Shown: positions 1-12,391 of the stretch, piece after piece
Numbering within the stretch: position 1 is the stretch's first letter
Layout: the number at the start of each line of letters is the position of its first letter
Assembly (NCBI GenBank): GCA_964106915.2
Contig: OZ066921.1
From: Podarcis gaigeae
Taxonomy: Eukaryota
Length of the DNA stretch: 64,000 nucleotides
Direction: 5' to 3' (one strand)
The notes under the pieces: generated by a model
The model's input: only the letters and a program-made list of their open reading frames with translations
Told to the model about the DNA's origin: nothing
Databases searched by the model: none
Program-made: the position numbers and the translations under genes

Positions 1-400
1 GACTGGGAATCATGCCTCACCTCTTCCCAGAATGCTCCCAGGGCCTTGCGTGGCCCTAGCCACTTGCCAGGGGGTTTTGGACAAAAGCATGGGGAGCCCC
101 TGGGTTCCTTTAATGGAAAACCCTTGAAGCAGAAGCAGCAGCATTTTGGAGGGGCAGGCACAGCCGAATCCATACACCTCCACCAACCAATTCCAAGACC
201 AATGCCTAACCACAAACCTTACAAGCTGTGACGATTTGCTACGCAGTAGGCAAAAACCAAGTGGCACACACTAATCAGCCAAATGGACAAAATTCCTACC
301 AGGCCCCTGCCCCAAAGCAGACGACCCCATGACAGGCATAGCAAGGTCAAGCAAACAGCCTAAAATTAAGGGAGGGCGGGTGATCTGAAGTAAGCAGCGA
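1..400 (-). mobile_element. Dispersed LTR-like (possibly DIRS/Ngaro-type non-autonomous) repeat, left part; split by L2 and probably continuing at about 2082-2250
   Basis: Reverse complement shares colinear blocks with 40400-40790: GGGGCCTGGTAGGAATTT, GTAAGGTT..GGTTAGGCATTGG, CCTGCCCCTCCAA, CAAGGGT.TTCC.TTAAAGGAA, CAGATCACCC. Confidence 0.55.
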
Positions 401-401
401 A

Positions 402-446
<45 letters not shown>

Positions 447-2081
447 TTATTATTTATACCCCGCCCATCTGGCTGAGTTTCCCCAGCCACTCTGGGCGGC
501 TCCCAATCAGTGTTAAAAACAGTACAGCATTACATATTAAAAACTTCCCTGAACAGGGCTGCCTTAAGATGTCTTCTGAATGTCAGGTAATTCTTTATCT
601 CTTTGACATCTGATGGGAGGGCGTTCCACAGGGCGGGCGCCACTACCGAGAAGGCCCTCTGTCTGGTTCCCTGTAGCCTCACTTCTCGCAATGAGGGAAC
701 CGCCAGAAGGCCCTCGGCGCTGGATCTCAGTGTCCGGGCTGAACGATGGGGGTGGAGACGCTCCTTCAGGTATACAGGACCGAGGCCGTTTAGGGCTTTA
801 AAGGTCAGCACCAACACTTTGAATCGTGCTCGGAAACGTACTGGGAGCCAGTGCAGATCTCTCAGAACCGGTGTTATGTGGTCCCGGCGGCCACTCCCAG
901 TCACCAGTCTAGCTGCCGCATTCTGGATTAATTGCAGTTTCCGGGTCACCTTCAAAGGTAGCCCCACGTAGAGCGCGTTGCAGTAGTCCAAGCGTGAGAT
1001 AACCAGAGCATGCACCACTCTGGCGAGACAGTCCGCGGGGAGGTAGGGTCTTAGCCTGCGTACCAGGTGGAGCTGGTAGACAGCTGCCCTGGACACAGAG
1101 TTAACCTGCGCCTCCATGGACAGCTGTGAGTCCAAAATGACTCCCAGGCTGCGCACCTGGTCCTTCAGGGGCACAGTTACCCCATTCAGGACCAGGGAAT
1201 CCTCCACACCTGCCCGCCTCCTGTCCCCCCAAAACAGTACTTCTGTCTTATCAGGATTCAACCTCAATCTGTTAGCCGCCATCCAACCTCCAACCTCCTC
1301 CAGGCACTCACACAGGACCTTCAGCGCCTTCACTGGTTCTGATTTAAAGGAGAGGTAGAGCTGGGTGTCATCTGCATACTGATGAACACCCAGTCCAAAC
1401 CCCCTGATGATCTCTCCCAGCTGCTTCATATAGATATTAAAAAGCATGGGGGAGAGGACAGAACCCTGAGGCACCCCACAAGTGAGAGCCCAGGGGTCTG
1501 AACACTCACCCCCCCACCACTTTCTGGACACGGCCCAGGAGGAAGGAGCGGAACCACTGTATGACAGTGCCCCCAGCTCCCAGCCCCTCTAGACGGTCCA
1601 GAAGGATGTTATGGTCGATGGTGTCAAAGGCTGCTGAGAGATCCAGCAGAACTAGGAAACAGCTCTCACCTTTGTCCCTAGCCCGCCGGAGATCATCAAC
1701 CAGCGCGACCAAGGCAGTTTCAGTCCCATGGTGAGGCCTGAATCCCAATTGGAAGGGATCCAAATGGTCCGTTTCCTCCAGGCGTGCTTGGAGTTGTTCA
1801 GCAACCACCCGCTCAATCACCTTGCCCAAGAATGGCAGATTTGAGACTGGGCGATAGTTGGCCAAATGGGTCTAAAGATGTTTTTTTAAGAAGCGGTTTA
1901 ATGACCGCCTCTTTCAGCGGGTCTGGGAAGGCTCCCTCACAGAGGGAAGCATTCACCACCCCGCAAAGCCCATCGCCTAGCCCTTCCCGGCTCGCTTTTA
2001 TCAGCCAGGATGGGCAAGGATCAAGGAGACAGGTGGTCGGTTTCACTCGTCCAAGCAGCCTGTCCACATCCTCGCTGCGAG
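401..2081 (-). mobile_element. 5'-truncated L2-clade LINE (RT plus C-terminal region, 3' UTR, (TAT)n tail), fairly young but frameshifted
   Basis: Three overlapping minus-strand ORFs give LINE RT motifs (NYRPVSNLPFLGKVIERVV, LLDLSAAFDTIDH, GVPQGSVLSPMLFNIY, QYADDTQLY) and the L2-type C-terminus (SRLDYCNALY, HITPVLRDLHWLPV). The 3' stem-loop is at about 460-500 and the (AAT)n tail at 402-445. Confidence 0.92.
530..2081 (-). pseudogene. L2 ORF2 reverse transcriptase, disrupted by two frameshifts (about 1520 and 1865)
   Basis: ORFs 1813-2109, 1506-1865 and 530-1531 join into one continuous RT protein across two frame changes; YADD catalytic motif present. Confidence 0.9.
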
Positions 2082-2252
2082 CATTGTATTTAACAAATAG
2101 GGCTATCAATCAACAAATGGCAACATCTAGATTTCCCCAGTAACAGCCCGCCCCTGCTTAAAGGATGGCCAAACCATTTGCCTAGTAACAGTGAGGTGTC
2201 TTGTCAGCCCCGCCCACAACCTGTGCTCTTCATGAGGGAGAACACACTTTGT

Positions 2253-2330
2253 TGGAAGCTACCCAGAGTGGCTGGGGAAACACAGCCAGATGGGTGGTGT
2301 AAAAATAATAAATTGTTGTTGTTGTTGTTA
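2253..2330 (+). mobile_element. Very short L2 3'-end fragment with (TTG)n tail
   Basis: CCCAGAGTGGCTGGGGAAAC.CAGCCAGATGGG matches the reverse complement of the L2 tail at 460-500. Confidence 0.75.
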
Positions 2331-2334
2331 TGTA

Positions 2335-2745
2335 CAGTGGTACCTTGGTTCTCAAACACCTTGGTACTCAAAAAATTTGGAAGCCAAACTTCAAACCTGG
2401 CAAGTGTTCCAGTTTGCGAACTGTTTTCAGAAGCCGATCATGCTGCGTTTTGAGTGTTACGCTTCTGATTTGAGTACCACACTTCTATTTTGAGTATCAC
2501 ACTTCTGTTTTGAGTGCCACGTTTCCATTTGAGTGTTACACTTCCATTTTGAGTGCCACACTTCCATTTTGACTGTTACGCTGAGATCTGTCTGTTTTTG
2601 CTATTTATTTTGCATTTTTGTTTTTGTGGCCCTTTTGTTTTGTTTTTGTGACTGTGTGGAACCCAGTTCAGCTACTGATTGATTGTTTGTGTGACTGCAG
2701 TACATTGTTTATTGCTTTCATTTTATGTATCAGTGGTCTCATTAC
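2335..2745. mobile_element. Truncated Tc1/mariner (Tigger/pogo-like) non-autonomous element with an internal tandem array of about 20 bp
   Basis: Starts TA|CAGTGGTACCT like the four complete MITEs. TTTTGAGTGYYACRCTTCYR is repeated about 7 times at 2448-2580. No right TIR found. Confidence 0.6.
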
Positions 2746-3837
2746 CCATTGGGCTTCCTCCTTATCTATATACTCACCCAACACTGTGATCATACCCTAT
2801 ACGCATACAACCATAGCATCACCAATTGTGTATAAAAGTCTGTGCACACATAATTTGTAACACCGAAAACTGGTTTATGGTACACTCAAGGAGCAGAAAG
2901 AGGAAATAACCATCGGAATGCCCTTATGAATGAGAAATCTAAAATAGTGCCCACCTGCTCAGCAGAGATTTGAAGAGCTGCTTTAAGTCCATTCTAAATG
3001 ACACTCCACAATGCGAATGATGAGCACCCCTTCTTCAACACTCAACTGTATCTAAAATCAGCTTCAACTTCAATCCATTTGAAAGCCTGAGCCATCGCTA
3101 ATATGAACTAGTATGCTTTTTTGTCACACTGGACTACTGTAGTGTACAATCCCCTCGGGAGGCTGGTTGGAGGCAGCTGCCAAAGCACCATCATGAGTGC
3201 CAACTCCCCTGTCATGAGTGCCAACTCCCTTCAGTACCAGCAGGCTTACCAGCAATGATGGTGACAATGAATAGGTGTAAGTCACCCTTTCCCCCACACT
3301 GCACAGGCATGATTTTGCTTGGGGGGGGCGTATTGTGGTAAATTTTAAAATTCTATGTTGTGTCTTAACTGAAAATCATCTTATGCTTACAAGCCTGGTT
3401 TGCTACTAAACAAAAAAAGTAAAATGCCTTGCAAATCAATTACTAGTTTAGAATTTTATGTAGTAGTTCCTAGCTTCTTAAATATACTCTAAAAAACCCA
3501 GCTACTGTAAGCTGGCAGAACTTATTAAAAGTCCTGTTGTAAATCGTACCCTTAAAACAATGTTTTTCCTCATTTTTACAAGTTGAAGCCTGTAAAGGGG
3601 GGTGGGAATGGGGAGTTAGAATGGCCTTCAGAGGATCTTCTCCTCTACATTTTCTTTTGAATGTAGCTTTTTCTACCAGAGAAAGGGTCTTTGTTGAAGT
3701 TGCATCCAGTTTATCGAACTGGTCCTTTAAAACATGCTGACCCTGCTGCCATATTTATTGTATTTTAGGCATCAGACAATGTTTCCGCCATCCTCCCATG
3801 CCTCAGTAGTCTTTTGGATTATTTTAATGTACTTTAA

Positions 3838-3878
3838 AGTCGGACACGACTAAACGACTAAACAACAACAACAACAAA
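3838..3878 (+). mobile_element. RTE-BovB LINE extreme 3' end
   Basis: AGTCGGACACGACTAAACGACTAAAC followed by (AAC)n, the characteristic BovB terminus. Confidence 0.75.
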
Positions 3879-4809
3879 ATTGTCTTTTACTTTGCTGGTT
3901 GTTATTTTGAATTACATTTCTATATGTTCAGAATATTTTTGTATTATTTTGTCATTATTGTTGCAAGCCACCTAAGGCTTCAATCCTAACCTCCCACCCA
4001 CCAACAGTGCCAGCAGAGTTTTATGTAGTGGTGGAACCACTGCTGCGTCTGCAACCCTGCAGTGCATGGTGGCCAGGGGGCAGTAAGAGTGCTGTACCAG
4101 TATAGAGATGGTACAGCCATCAACCTCAATTGTGACACACAATGATAATGAGGCTAGCCTGGAATGCAATGAATCATGGGCTGGCTCAACCCTTTTCCAT
4201 CTCCATAATATCCCATTTCAGGGCCTTTCATATGCTACCATTGTCAGGCATCACACCAACAGCAATCCCGCCAATGTATTCACAGGGTAGAAAGAGCAGA
4301 GCAACACTGGCGAAGTGACATTTGCACCACTCCTTCAGCAGTAGCCAACAGGCTACTTAACCAAGAGAGCTTGGTAGAAGAACTCTTCCGCCTGATTCAC
4401 CAACACCTCCAACTCAATTAAAGGGATTACTGTTCAATGCTGATTGCAACAAAGGGCATAATACAAATGAATGAATACATGAAATGATTATGCAGTTCAG
4501 ATTTATGGCTGAAATGCTTGGTTTGGACACTCATGTAGCAATGTATGTCTGTTACACTTCAAACTGATAGTGGAGGGATCATGTGGTTTTAAACTTGCAT
4601 CTTTTTAATGTATTGTTGTCTTTCATGTGTTTTTGAATTTTGCAAGTTTTAATACTGGTGTTGTTATAGTGTATTGTGTTGTATGTCAATACCACTGTTT
4701 ACTGCCTTGAGTGGACAAAGTCCAGAAATGCAGCTAATAAACATTTAAAATAAATAAATGATTGCATCCTCACCTATGTGGAAGGAACCTATAACAGGCG
4801 GGACTTTTT

Positions 4810-5750
4810 TACTAAATTATGGTGGATAATCATGGGCAACAGGAAATGCGATCGGAATATATGAAACTGTGTAGGAATTAATGCATATTCAAGTAAAGAA
4901 CTATGGAATATTAGTCTAATAATGGATGTTGGACTTTGAGATAAAGTCATCATACTGGACTAGAAAAGACTATTCTGGACATTTAGCAACAACAATTGAA
5001 GAGCCCCTTTTGGATTTTTTTCTGTGTGGAAAGGAAAATAAATGAACTTGAAGTGTCTGGTGTTGAAGATTGGAAAAATCTAGCAGATTGAGGAACAGCT
5101 GGATATTTCTCTGGAATACAGCTGGATACCATTCTGGAATATTTTGAATAATCTTTATATACATAATTGACAGATGGGGAATCAGAAGCCTTAATTTCTT
5201 TCTCTTTTCTTTCTCTTTTTATTCTTCATGATCTTCATTTCCTGCATTTTCTCTTTTTCTTTCTTCTTCTATCCACTTCTATCCACCTTTGTTTTGTTTT
5301 GTTTTGTTTTGTTTTGTTTTGTTTTGTTTTGTTGATGTCCTCTATTGTGGGTTAAGGAGGGTTTACACAGGAAGGTGATGGATGACTGATGTAGGCCCTA
5401 TATGAGAGCTGGGGAAGGGAGTATCTCCCTGGGTGGGAGGTTTGGAGAAGAAAGGGAAGTTCCCAAGTGTATTTTTCCACCTTTTTTTCTCTTTTCCATT
5501 TTATTTATTTGTTTGCTTTTATTTACATGTGATGACCATTGTGCATGGGGTTCTGTTCCTAGCCCCTGCACGCATCAGCGGAGCTCATGTAAGCCCAGCC
5601 CACCCTGTTCCACCCTCTTCCATGTCCAAAAGGACCTGTGTGTCAGTGGTTGCACATCAATTGGACACTCAGACAATGATTGCTGCCTGCAGTTTCCTTT
5701 TTTTAAAAAAATGTATTGTATGCTGAAAAGTTTCAAGAAAAAAGAAAAGT
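4810..5750 (+). mobile_element. Decayed L1/Tx1-type 3' fragment
   Basis: Remnant C-terminal codons (W-I-P-F-W at about 5123), pyrimidine-rich UTR with (TTTTG)n at 5289-5332, and an A-rich end at about 5725-5750. Confidence 0.35.
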
Positions 5751-7096
5751 TCTATGCTGAACTTTCTTACCTTTATAATGGAAAATGCCAGTCCTCCAAA
5801 GCACTTTTGTTTTGGCGGTCCCATTTGTGAGAATGTTTTGTTAATGAAGATCTCCTTCCTTTGTCTGTTCTCCCTCCCCCTTCCTTTGCACTATGGTAAA
5901 GTCATGTCAGATGACACTCTTCAATTACGGAAGAGCTTTTAATTCCAACAGCAGCTGGCTAGGCACTTCTTCTAGTATATCTTGTACTCCTTTTGTATTC
6001 TACACTCCAGCTTCCTTTGTCTTATACTTTTTTAAATGACAAACAGCCAAGGGGTTTTTAATTAGGAAGAGAGCTTAAAAAGGCATTTTTTGCTTTACCT
6101 TGGAAGGAAAAATGGAGCATTGACATTTCCCATGAAATGTGCCAGAGTTATTTTCTGCTGTTTTGAAACTAGTCTGTTTCCTAGAACAATTCAAAGACAC
6201 TGCTTTTGACCGTTAAGGTTCTGGGTGGCTTGGGAACTGCACACTTTATGGACCATCTTTTTCCTCATGATCCTGTGCAAGTATTAAGTTATTTCCTGAA
6301 CCTTTTTATGGGTCTAGTCAGCTTCAGAGGTCAAGTGGGTAATGATTGAGGAGGGGGCCTTTTTGGTTGTAGTTCCTTATCTTTGGCCAATCTGGGTGCA
6401 AGTCCGGTTCCCCTGTCAATGGCAGGAGTAGACCTTTCTTCCACCTAGGACTTAATGAGTTCTAATGCTCTGTATCGGCTCTATACATACCCAAAGCAGT
6501 GAGATAAATTGAGGTGATACAGGACAGACTGTCATGTTTCAAGTTATATTGTGCCATTAAGGAGGCATGTTGAGACGGATCTGGGAACCCACAGTACTTG
6601 AGGTGGAACATAAAGGATCAGGCAGTCCTCAAGGTCCTTTGGGCTTTGTGAAGAACCTCGAAATTAGCTCTGCACCAAATCAGCAGCCACTGAAGCTCTC
6701 TTGGTAAAGAATAATGTGTTGCCAGTAACATCCTCCTGTTACTGGCTGCTGCTTTCTTTGCTTGTTGCAGCTTGCAGACCAGATACAAGGGCAGCTTCAT
6801 ACAAAGTGTGCTAGAGTAATCATTCAGGGCCACTGCAACTGAAAATGCCCTGACTAGTATCCCTACCTGCTACACCTCCCCTTGCAGAGCAGGGACTCCC
6901 AAGGCTGACTACAGTTGTTGGGTGGAAAAAAGGGGCTGTTCAAATAACCTAGTCTCAAGCCATTAGTGCAGGGATGGAGAATCTGTGGCCTTCCAGATGT
7001 CGTTGGACTCCAAAAATGGTTGGATAATTAGCATAGCTAATTATCAGGAATGCTGGAAGTTGTAGTCTATGTTCCTCACCCTTCCTTAATGGACTA

Positions 7097-7338
7097 CAGT
7101 GGTACCTCAGGTTACAGATGCTTCAGGTTACATACGCTTCAGGTTACAGACTCCGCTAACCCAGAAATAGTGCTTCAGGTTAAGAACTTTGCTTTAGGAT
7201 GAGAACAGAAATTGTGCTCCGGCGGCACAGGGGCAGCAGGAGGCCCCATTAGCTAAAGTGGGACTTCAGGTTAAGAACAGTTTCAGGTTAAGAACGGACC
7301 TCCGGAATGAATTAAGTACTTAACCTGAGGTACCACTG
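7097..7338. mobile_element. Tc1/mariner (Tigger-like) MITE, copy 1
   Basis: TIR CAGTGGTACCTCAGGTTA...TAACCTGAGGTACCACTG, TA TSD on both sides, internal CAGGTTA repeats. Confidence 0.9.
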
Positions 7339-7819
7339 TATATGCCTCTATTTTATGTTTAGTTGCTTTACTATGCTGGCATAACAGTAATATGCTCAAA
7401 GACACTCAGTCTGCATTTGAATGCTTAAGTCCATTCTTTTATTATTGGCAGCTAAACCTTTGCATTTTTTAAAAAAAATGTTCAGAGATATCCGACACTT
7501 TAGTCTATAAAACACTGTATCAAGAAAGATTGGATTCGTTTCAGCCTGTCACTTTAATGAAATGGATCTCATTTCACTTTAATGAAGCTAACCCAAGTTG
7601 AATATTTTGGCATGAAAAACTATTCCCCACACCTCCATGCATGCAAGCGTAAGAAATGAATTGTGGAGATCTTCTTTTATGGAGCTGCTGAGCTAGTCCT
7701 ACCCCTTGTTTTGTTTCTAAGTGATTTTTCAAAAGGTCTGTGCAGGCAACTAAAATATGGAAACAATCAATGCATGGAAAAGGAAGTGGGATAACATTTG
7801 CTTGCCCAGTTCCCAAAAT

Positions 7820-8350
7820 TATCATAGAATCATAGAATTGTAAAGACTGAAGGGACCATGAGTATCATCTATTTTTTTTAATAGATATTTATTAAGGTTT
7901 TAAAAATTATATTCAAAAACAAAACATAACAACAATACAACAATACAAAAAACATAAACAAACAAAAAAACAAGTATAATTTCATTCCCTTATTTTCTTA
8001 TACCTTACTTTCCCGACTTCCCCATACCTCCCCTCTCTGTATTCCAATTTCTATTTTATTACTTCAGCAAATCCTTTCCCTTAATTTCATTTAGTTTTTA
8101 ACCCTTCTTTTCTTACTACTTATCCAATCCAGCTGGAAACCACACAATTTCTAAACCGACGTCATTCTAACATTCGTTAACTTTGCAATATTTCTTGAGA
8201 TAGTCCTTGAATTTCTTCCAATCTTCTTCCGCTGTCTTGTATCATCTAGTCCAACCCCCTGCAATGCAGGAATCTTTTGCCCAACATTGGGCTCACAGAT
8301 ACAACCCTGAGATTTAGTCTCATGCTTTAACAACTGAGTTATCCCAGCTC
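7820..8350 (-). mobile_element. Short element with CR1-type 3' tail (TTCTATGA repeats) and tRNA-like head, interrupted by an L1 fragment
   Basis: ATCATAGAATCATAGAA...AAGGGACC...CATCTA|GTCCAACCCCCTGCAATGCAGG. An empty homologue lies at 55853-55930. Confidence 0.7.
7872..8238 (-). mobile_element. 5'-truncated L1-type LINE 3' end
   Basis: Poly(T) at 7872-7879. Minus strand encodes KTAEEDWKKFKDYLKKYCKVNEC*. Exact 10-bp TSD GTATCATCTA at 7862-7871 and 8239-8248. Confidence 0.85.
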
Positions 8351-8700
8351 AGAATCCAAAATGTTCATCATCAAGACCCTTTCATACCCTCCAGTGTTCC
8401 TCAAATGAAAATAGGGACATACTATTCTACATCAGGAAGCTTCTTCCACATTTGATTGTACTGTATACATATACAATACGTTGTATAGACATATACATCT
8501 GTCACCTTGGGCCTATTACAACCTCTCAGCCTAACATACCTCACAGGATTGTTATGAAGGAAATAATGTGTAATGGAAGGTATTATGTACAACATCTTCA
8601 ACAGATAAATGAAAGGGGGGGTTAGCTGTAAGCTGCCAGGGAAAAAATGTGGGGAATAACAATGACAACAACAGAAACTGTGAGAGTGATCAGGAACTTA

Positions 8701-9064
8701 GTAAAGGTAACGGGACCCCTGACTGTTAAGTCCAGTCACAGACGACTCTGGGGTTGCGGCGCTCATCTCGCTTTACTGGCCAAGGGAGCTGGCAATTGTC
8801 CGCAGACAGCTTCCGGGTCATGTGTCCAGCATGACTAAGCCGCTTCTGGTGAACCAGAGCAGTGCACGGAAACACCGTTTACCTTCCCGCCGGAGCAGTA
8901 CCTATTTATCTACTTGCACTTTGATGTGCTTTCAAACTGCTAGGTTGGCAGGAGCAGGGACTGAGCAATGGGAGCTCCCCCCGTCGCGGGAATTCGAACC
9001 GCTGACCTTCTGATCGGCAAGCCCTAGGCTCTGTGGTTTAGACCACAGTGCCACCCACGTCCTA
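8701..9064 (-). mobile_element. Sauria SINE, full length
   Basis: tRNA-like head (GGGACG.GGGTGGC.CTGTGG; B box GGTTCGAAT.CC), ACCTTT-type tail, 13-bp TSD GATCAGGAACTTA at 8688-8700 and 9065-9077. Confidence 0.92.
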
Positions 9065-9436
9065 GATCAGGAACTTACTAGAGAGTAAATTCTATTGAAC
9101 TCAGTGGGACTTACTTCTGAGTAAAAGTGCTTAGGACTGCAGAGTAAGACTGCACAGTCTTCACCCAGTTACCTTGGAGCAAGCTCCAGACACCCCAAGC
9201 TCCAAAAGAGCAAAGCTTGTGGGTTGGCCCTCATAGTCTCTGAGCCTTGTTTTGGGATGTCTCAGTTGCATACCAGGGCCTTTGCTCATGCTGAAGTGTG
9301 CATAGGGTTACAGCCTCTGTGCTCATTAGGAAATGTGTAAGATCTCACAATTAACTCTTTAACTAGAGATAGTGATATATTTTGTCTTGCCTATGAAATG
9401 TAATTTAACAGAAAACAGTTACTGTAATTAATAAGT

Positions 9437-9917
9437 GCAGAGAAAATCAGGAAAGGAGGGAAAGAACAAAGGAAGGAGAAAAGGGGAAGTTGAGAAGCAG
9501 AAGAAAGAAAAAACAGGAAAGGGAGAATGGGAATGATAGAGAGTGAAAGTGAAGATGACGGGAAGAAGAAAATGAAGAGAGGAATAAAGAAAGGGGAAAT
9601 GGGAGAGGAGAAGAGTAAAAAAATGGAGAGAGAAGAAAGGGGAAGTGGGTGAGGAAGAAAAGGAAGGAGGACTGGGGAAATGAGAACAGGAAGGAAGGAA
9701 GGGGGGGGGAGAAAGAAAGGAGAAACTGGGGAGAAGAGGAGCCTTGGGGGAAGAGAAAAGGAAGGAGGTAACCCAAGGGAGGAAGAAATGGAAGTGGTGG
9801 GGGAGATGGGATAAGGACATTTTTTGGAAAAGGGGGAAAGAGGATCAGAATTGGTGATGGGGTGGGGAGCAAAGGAAAGAGGGGAAAGATGGGCTGGGAA
9901 AAGGTGTGTGGGGAGAG
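9437..9917 (+). repeat. Polypurine (G/A-rich) low-complexity tract
   Basis: About 480 bp that is almost entirely A/G on the + strand; it produces spurious F/S/P/L-rich minus-strand ORFs. Confidence 0.85.
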
Positions 9918-12351
9918 GTTGGTGCAGTTATCACAATGGGAAGGCATTTAGCCAAACAAAGTGAACAGTGAATGGTGCCTCCCCACTCTTAAAGGGGTCA
10001 AAATGGCATCTTTGCTAAAGCTGCAAGCTAGCTGCAAGCCCACTGCCCCTTTAAGAGCAGTTTAAATCGAGACTCTTCACGGCAAAGGAAGAAGCTGTGA
10101 TAGCTTAATTGTTTTCATGGCAGTCCTGGAAAATTCAGGGCAGTTGGAGGGTATGCCCTTCTGATAATATGTTTGCCAAGACCCCTGTGCCTCTTTAATA
10201 GTGAGACAGTTGAAACACAAAGTCTGAGCTTTGCATAAATCCACCGGACAGTGGTGTCCTGGATTAATACCATCTAGCAAGAAGGGAAGGTGCTAGATTT
10301 TGCCTTCCTGTAAACCTGAGACTATCAGGATCCTATCTGATTGGATATTTGGTTTCCCCCTATGCCAGGCTGGCCCATCCCTGGCCCTGGCCATCCCTGC
10401 TGTAGCCAGGGTTTTCCTCCCTATCCATAGATAGCAAAGTAGTTGGTGCTGGAAGGCACTCCTGGTAACTGTAGAGTGACTTTGAGACACTTTTATGGTG
10501 AGCAACAAAATAATAAAAAAAGCAAGCAGTGGGAGGGGAACTATTTTCAGCCCAAGGGAGGCATTCTTCTGTGTGTGACTTTCTGAAGGCCACATGTCAA
10601 TGGTGGGGGTGGCCAAAGGTAAGAGTAGGTAGGACAACACATACCTTTATAGAGTAGTCAACATTTGAATCATTCAAAACATCAGAGGTCTCTACAGAAG
10701 CACACCTCCCTCCAGGCAAACAAGGGCAAATTCTAGCCAGGCAAAAGGGCATATAGCAGAGGCAGTGAGGAGTGTGGTCTGAGAGGAAGCATGGGCAGAA
10801 TGGAGAGGTCTGGATAGCCACATACAATCCCTGGGTTTGAGGTTCCTCTCCCCTGCATCAAGTCACCATTTCTCAGCCTCCCTAACAGGGAATTTAAGGC
10901 AAGAAGACCTGGGTACAGTTTACCAATTCAGCAATATGACTACTGTGGAAATAAGTCCTGCAACTCTCTTGCCTCTGCAAAAGCTGCTGTCAATAGAGTC
11001 TAATTGCTCCAGATAGATCTTTTCCTTCCTTGAAAGAGAGAGGCAAGCTCATTTCACTATTCATGATGTACCCAAATGGATAAAAGCAATCTTTATTCCT
11101 CCAGTGCTTCTAGTCGAACAGCTCAGCCATATATATTGGATATGCATGACAATCATTTTTAACCTTGAAAGAGCGAGTTTCCAGCTGAGAGAAGCTTAAC
11201 ATACACTTAGCACCTGCTGGCATCCCTGGAGGATAGGTTCCTGTTTGGCTGCTTTACCAGATAGCCTGCCAAGGCACCTCATAGATCCAATTCTGAGTGT
11301 CAGGTATGGCAATGCATAAAGCAATCGTACTGTGTGACCTGTATTAATTGGTCAACTTCTCCTCAGTGACTCATCACCAATTTGGCAGACAACAGTTACT
11401 TTCCACATAGGACTCATTTTCTCTGCCAGAGAGAGGTGTGGTGTTGGGGTGAGGGATGACTAGTGATTTTTCTAATGTCATGGCTCACATTTGCACTTGT
11501 TTCATCTAGCCGCTTTGCTGAATCAGGCCAAAGGCCCATCAAGTTCAGCACCCTGTCCTCACAGAGGCCAACCAGATGCCTACAGAAAGGTTGTAACAGT
11601 GCAGCCATGCTCTCTCTCTGCTTGTGATTCCCAGCACCTGGCTTTCAGGGGGCATACTGACTCCAATATGACGGAAAACTGAAATACAAGTCACTATTAC
11701 AATCAGGATAATTGTATGTTGGGTGATCAACTGAATTTGCCTATTCAGGAGTGCCTTCTAAGAGACTGTAGTACCATGTTCAAGACAACAAATCCCTTCA
11801 GAAAGTTGTCTGGCATGCCAGAGACCTGACTGTACCAACTCTTCTGGTTTCAGTGGAGACCTGATCTGACCTATCTCTGTCCACCTAGGATGGATCTAAG
11901 TTGGAGGGCCAGGAGAAATGTTAATTGTTATTCACAGTTTACCATGGGAATTCCATTTCTTTGTCTAAGAAACAAATACATTTGGGAGCCAGTTTCAAGA
12001 CTCTGTTCTTAGTGTTCTTTGAGTCAGAGAAACATAACAAGAACTTTGCTACTGTGCTACACTCACTGCACGTAAAATTATTACCTGGCTGTGCTGCCAG
12101 AAGTGATATCTGGGGTGGTGTTTGAATGACCTCCTCCATTGGTATTATGGGATTTCAGCTTTCACAGCATGCCTGCTTTTCTAGGTCAACTCTGGATTTC
12201 ATGGCTGCCATGCCATGACTATCATGTGTCCATTTCAGTACATCATGGACCCAACATTCCTGACGTGTCAAGGTGTTTGATCTGTTTTTTGTTACAGAGT
12301 AGCTTGGGAGTGAGTCAGTAGTGGGAGAAATTGCCCTCACCCCTTTGTCAT

Positions 12352-12354
<3 letters not shown>

Positions 12355-12387
<33 letters not shown>
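12355..12387. repeat. (GA)n microsatellite
   Basis: Direct inspection. Confidence 0.95.

Positions 12388-12391
<4 letters not shown>

Noticed and set aside
603-2143. Plus-strand ORFs antisense to the L2 RT
   Set aside because: Shadow frames of GC-rich coding sequence.
2448-2580. Regular ~20-bp repeats superficially like a CRISPR array
   Set aside because: Head-to-tail with no unique spacers, inside a MITE, in a vertebrate genome.
3191-3230. 21-bp tandem duplication TCATGAGTGCCAACTCCC(C)T
   Set aside because: Ordinary local slippage duplication with no further structure.
9428-9947. 130-aa and 166-aa minus-strand ORFs
   Set aside because: Artefacts of a polypyrimidine strand with no stop codons; F/S/P/L low-complexity only.
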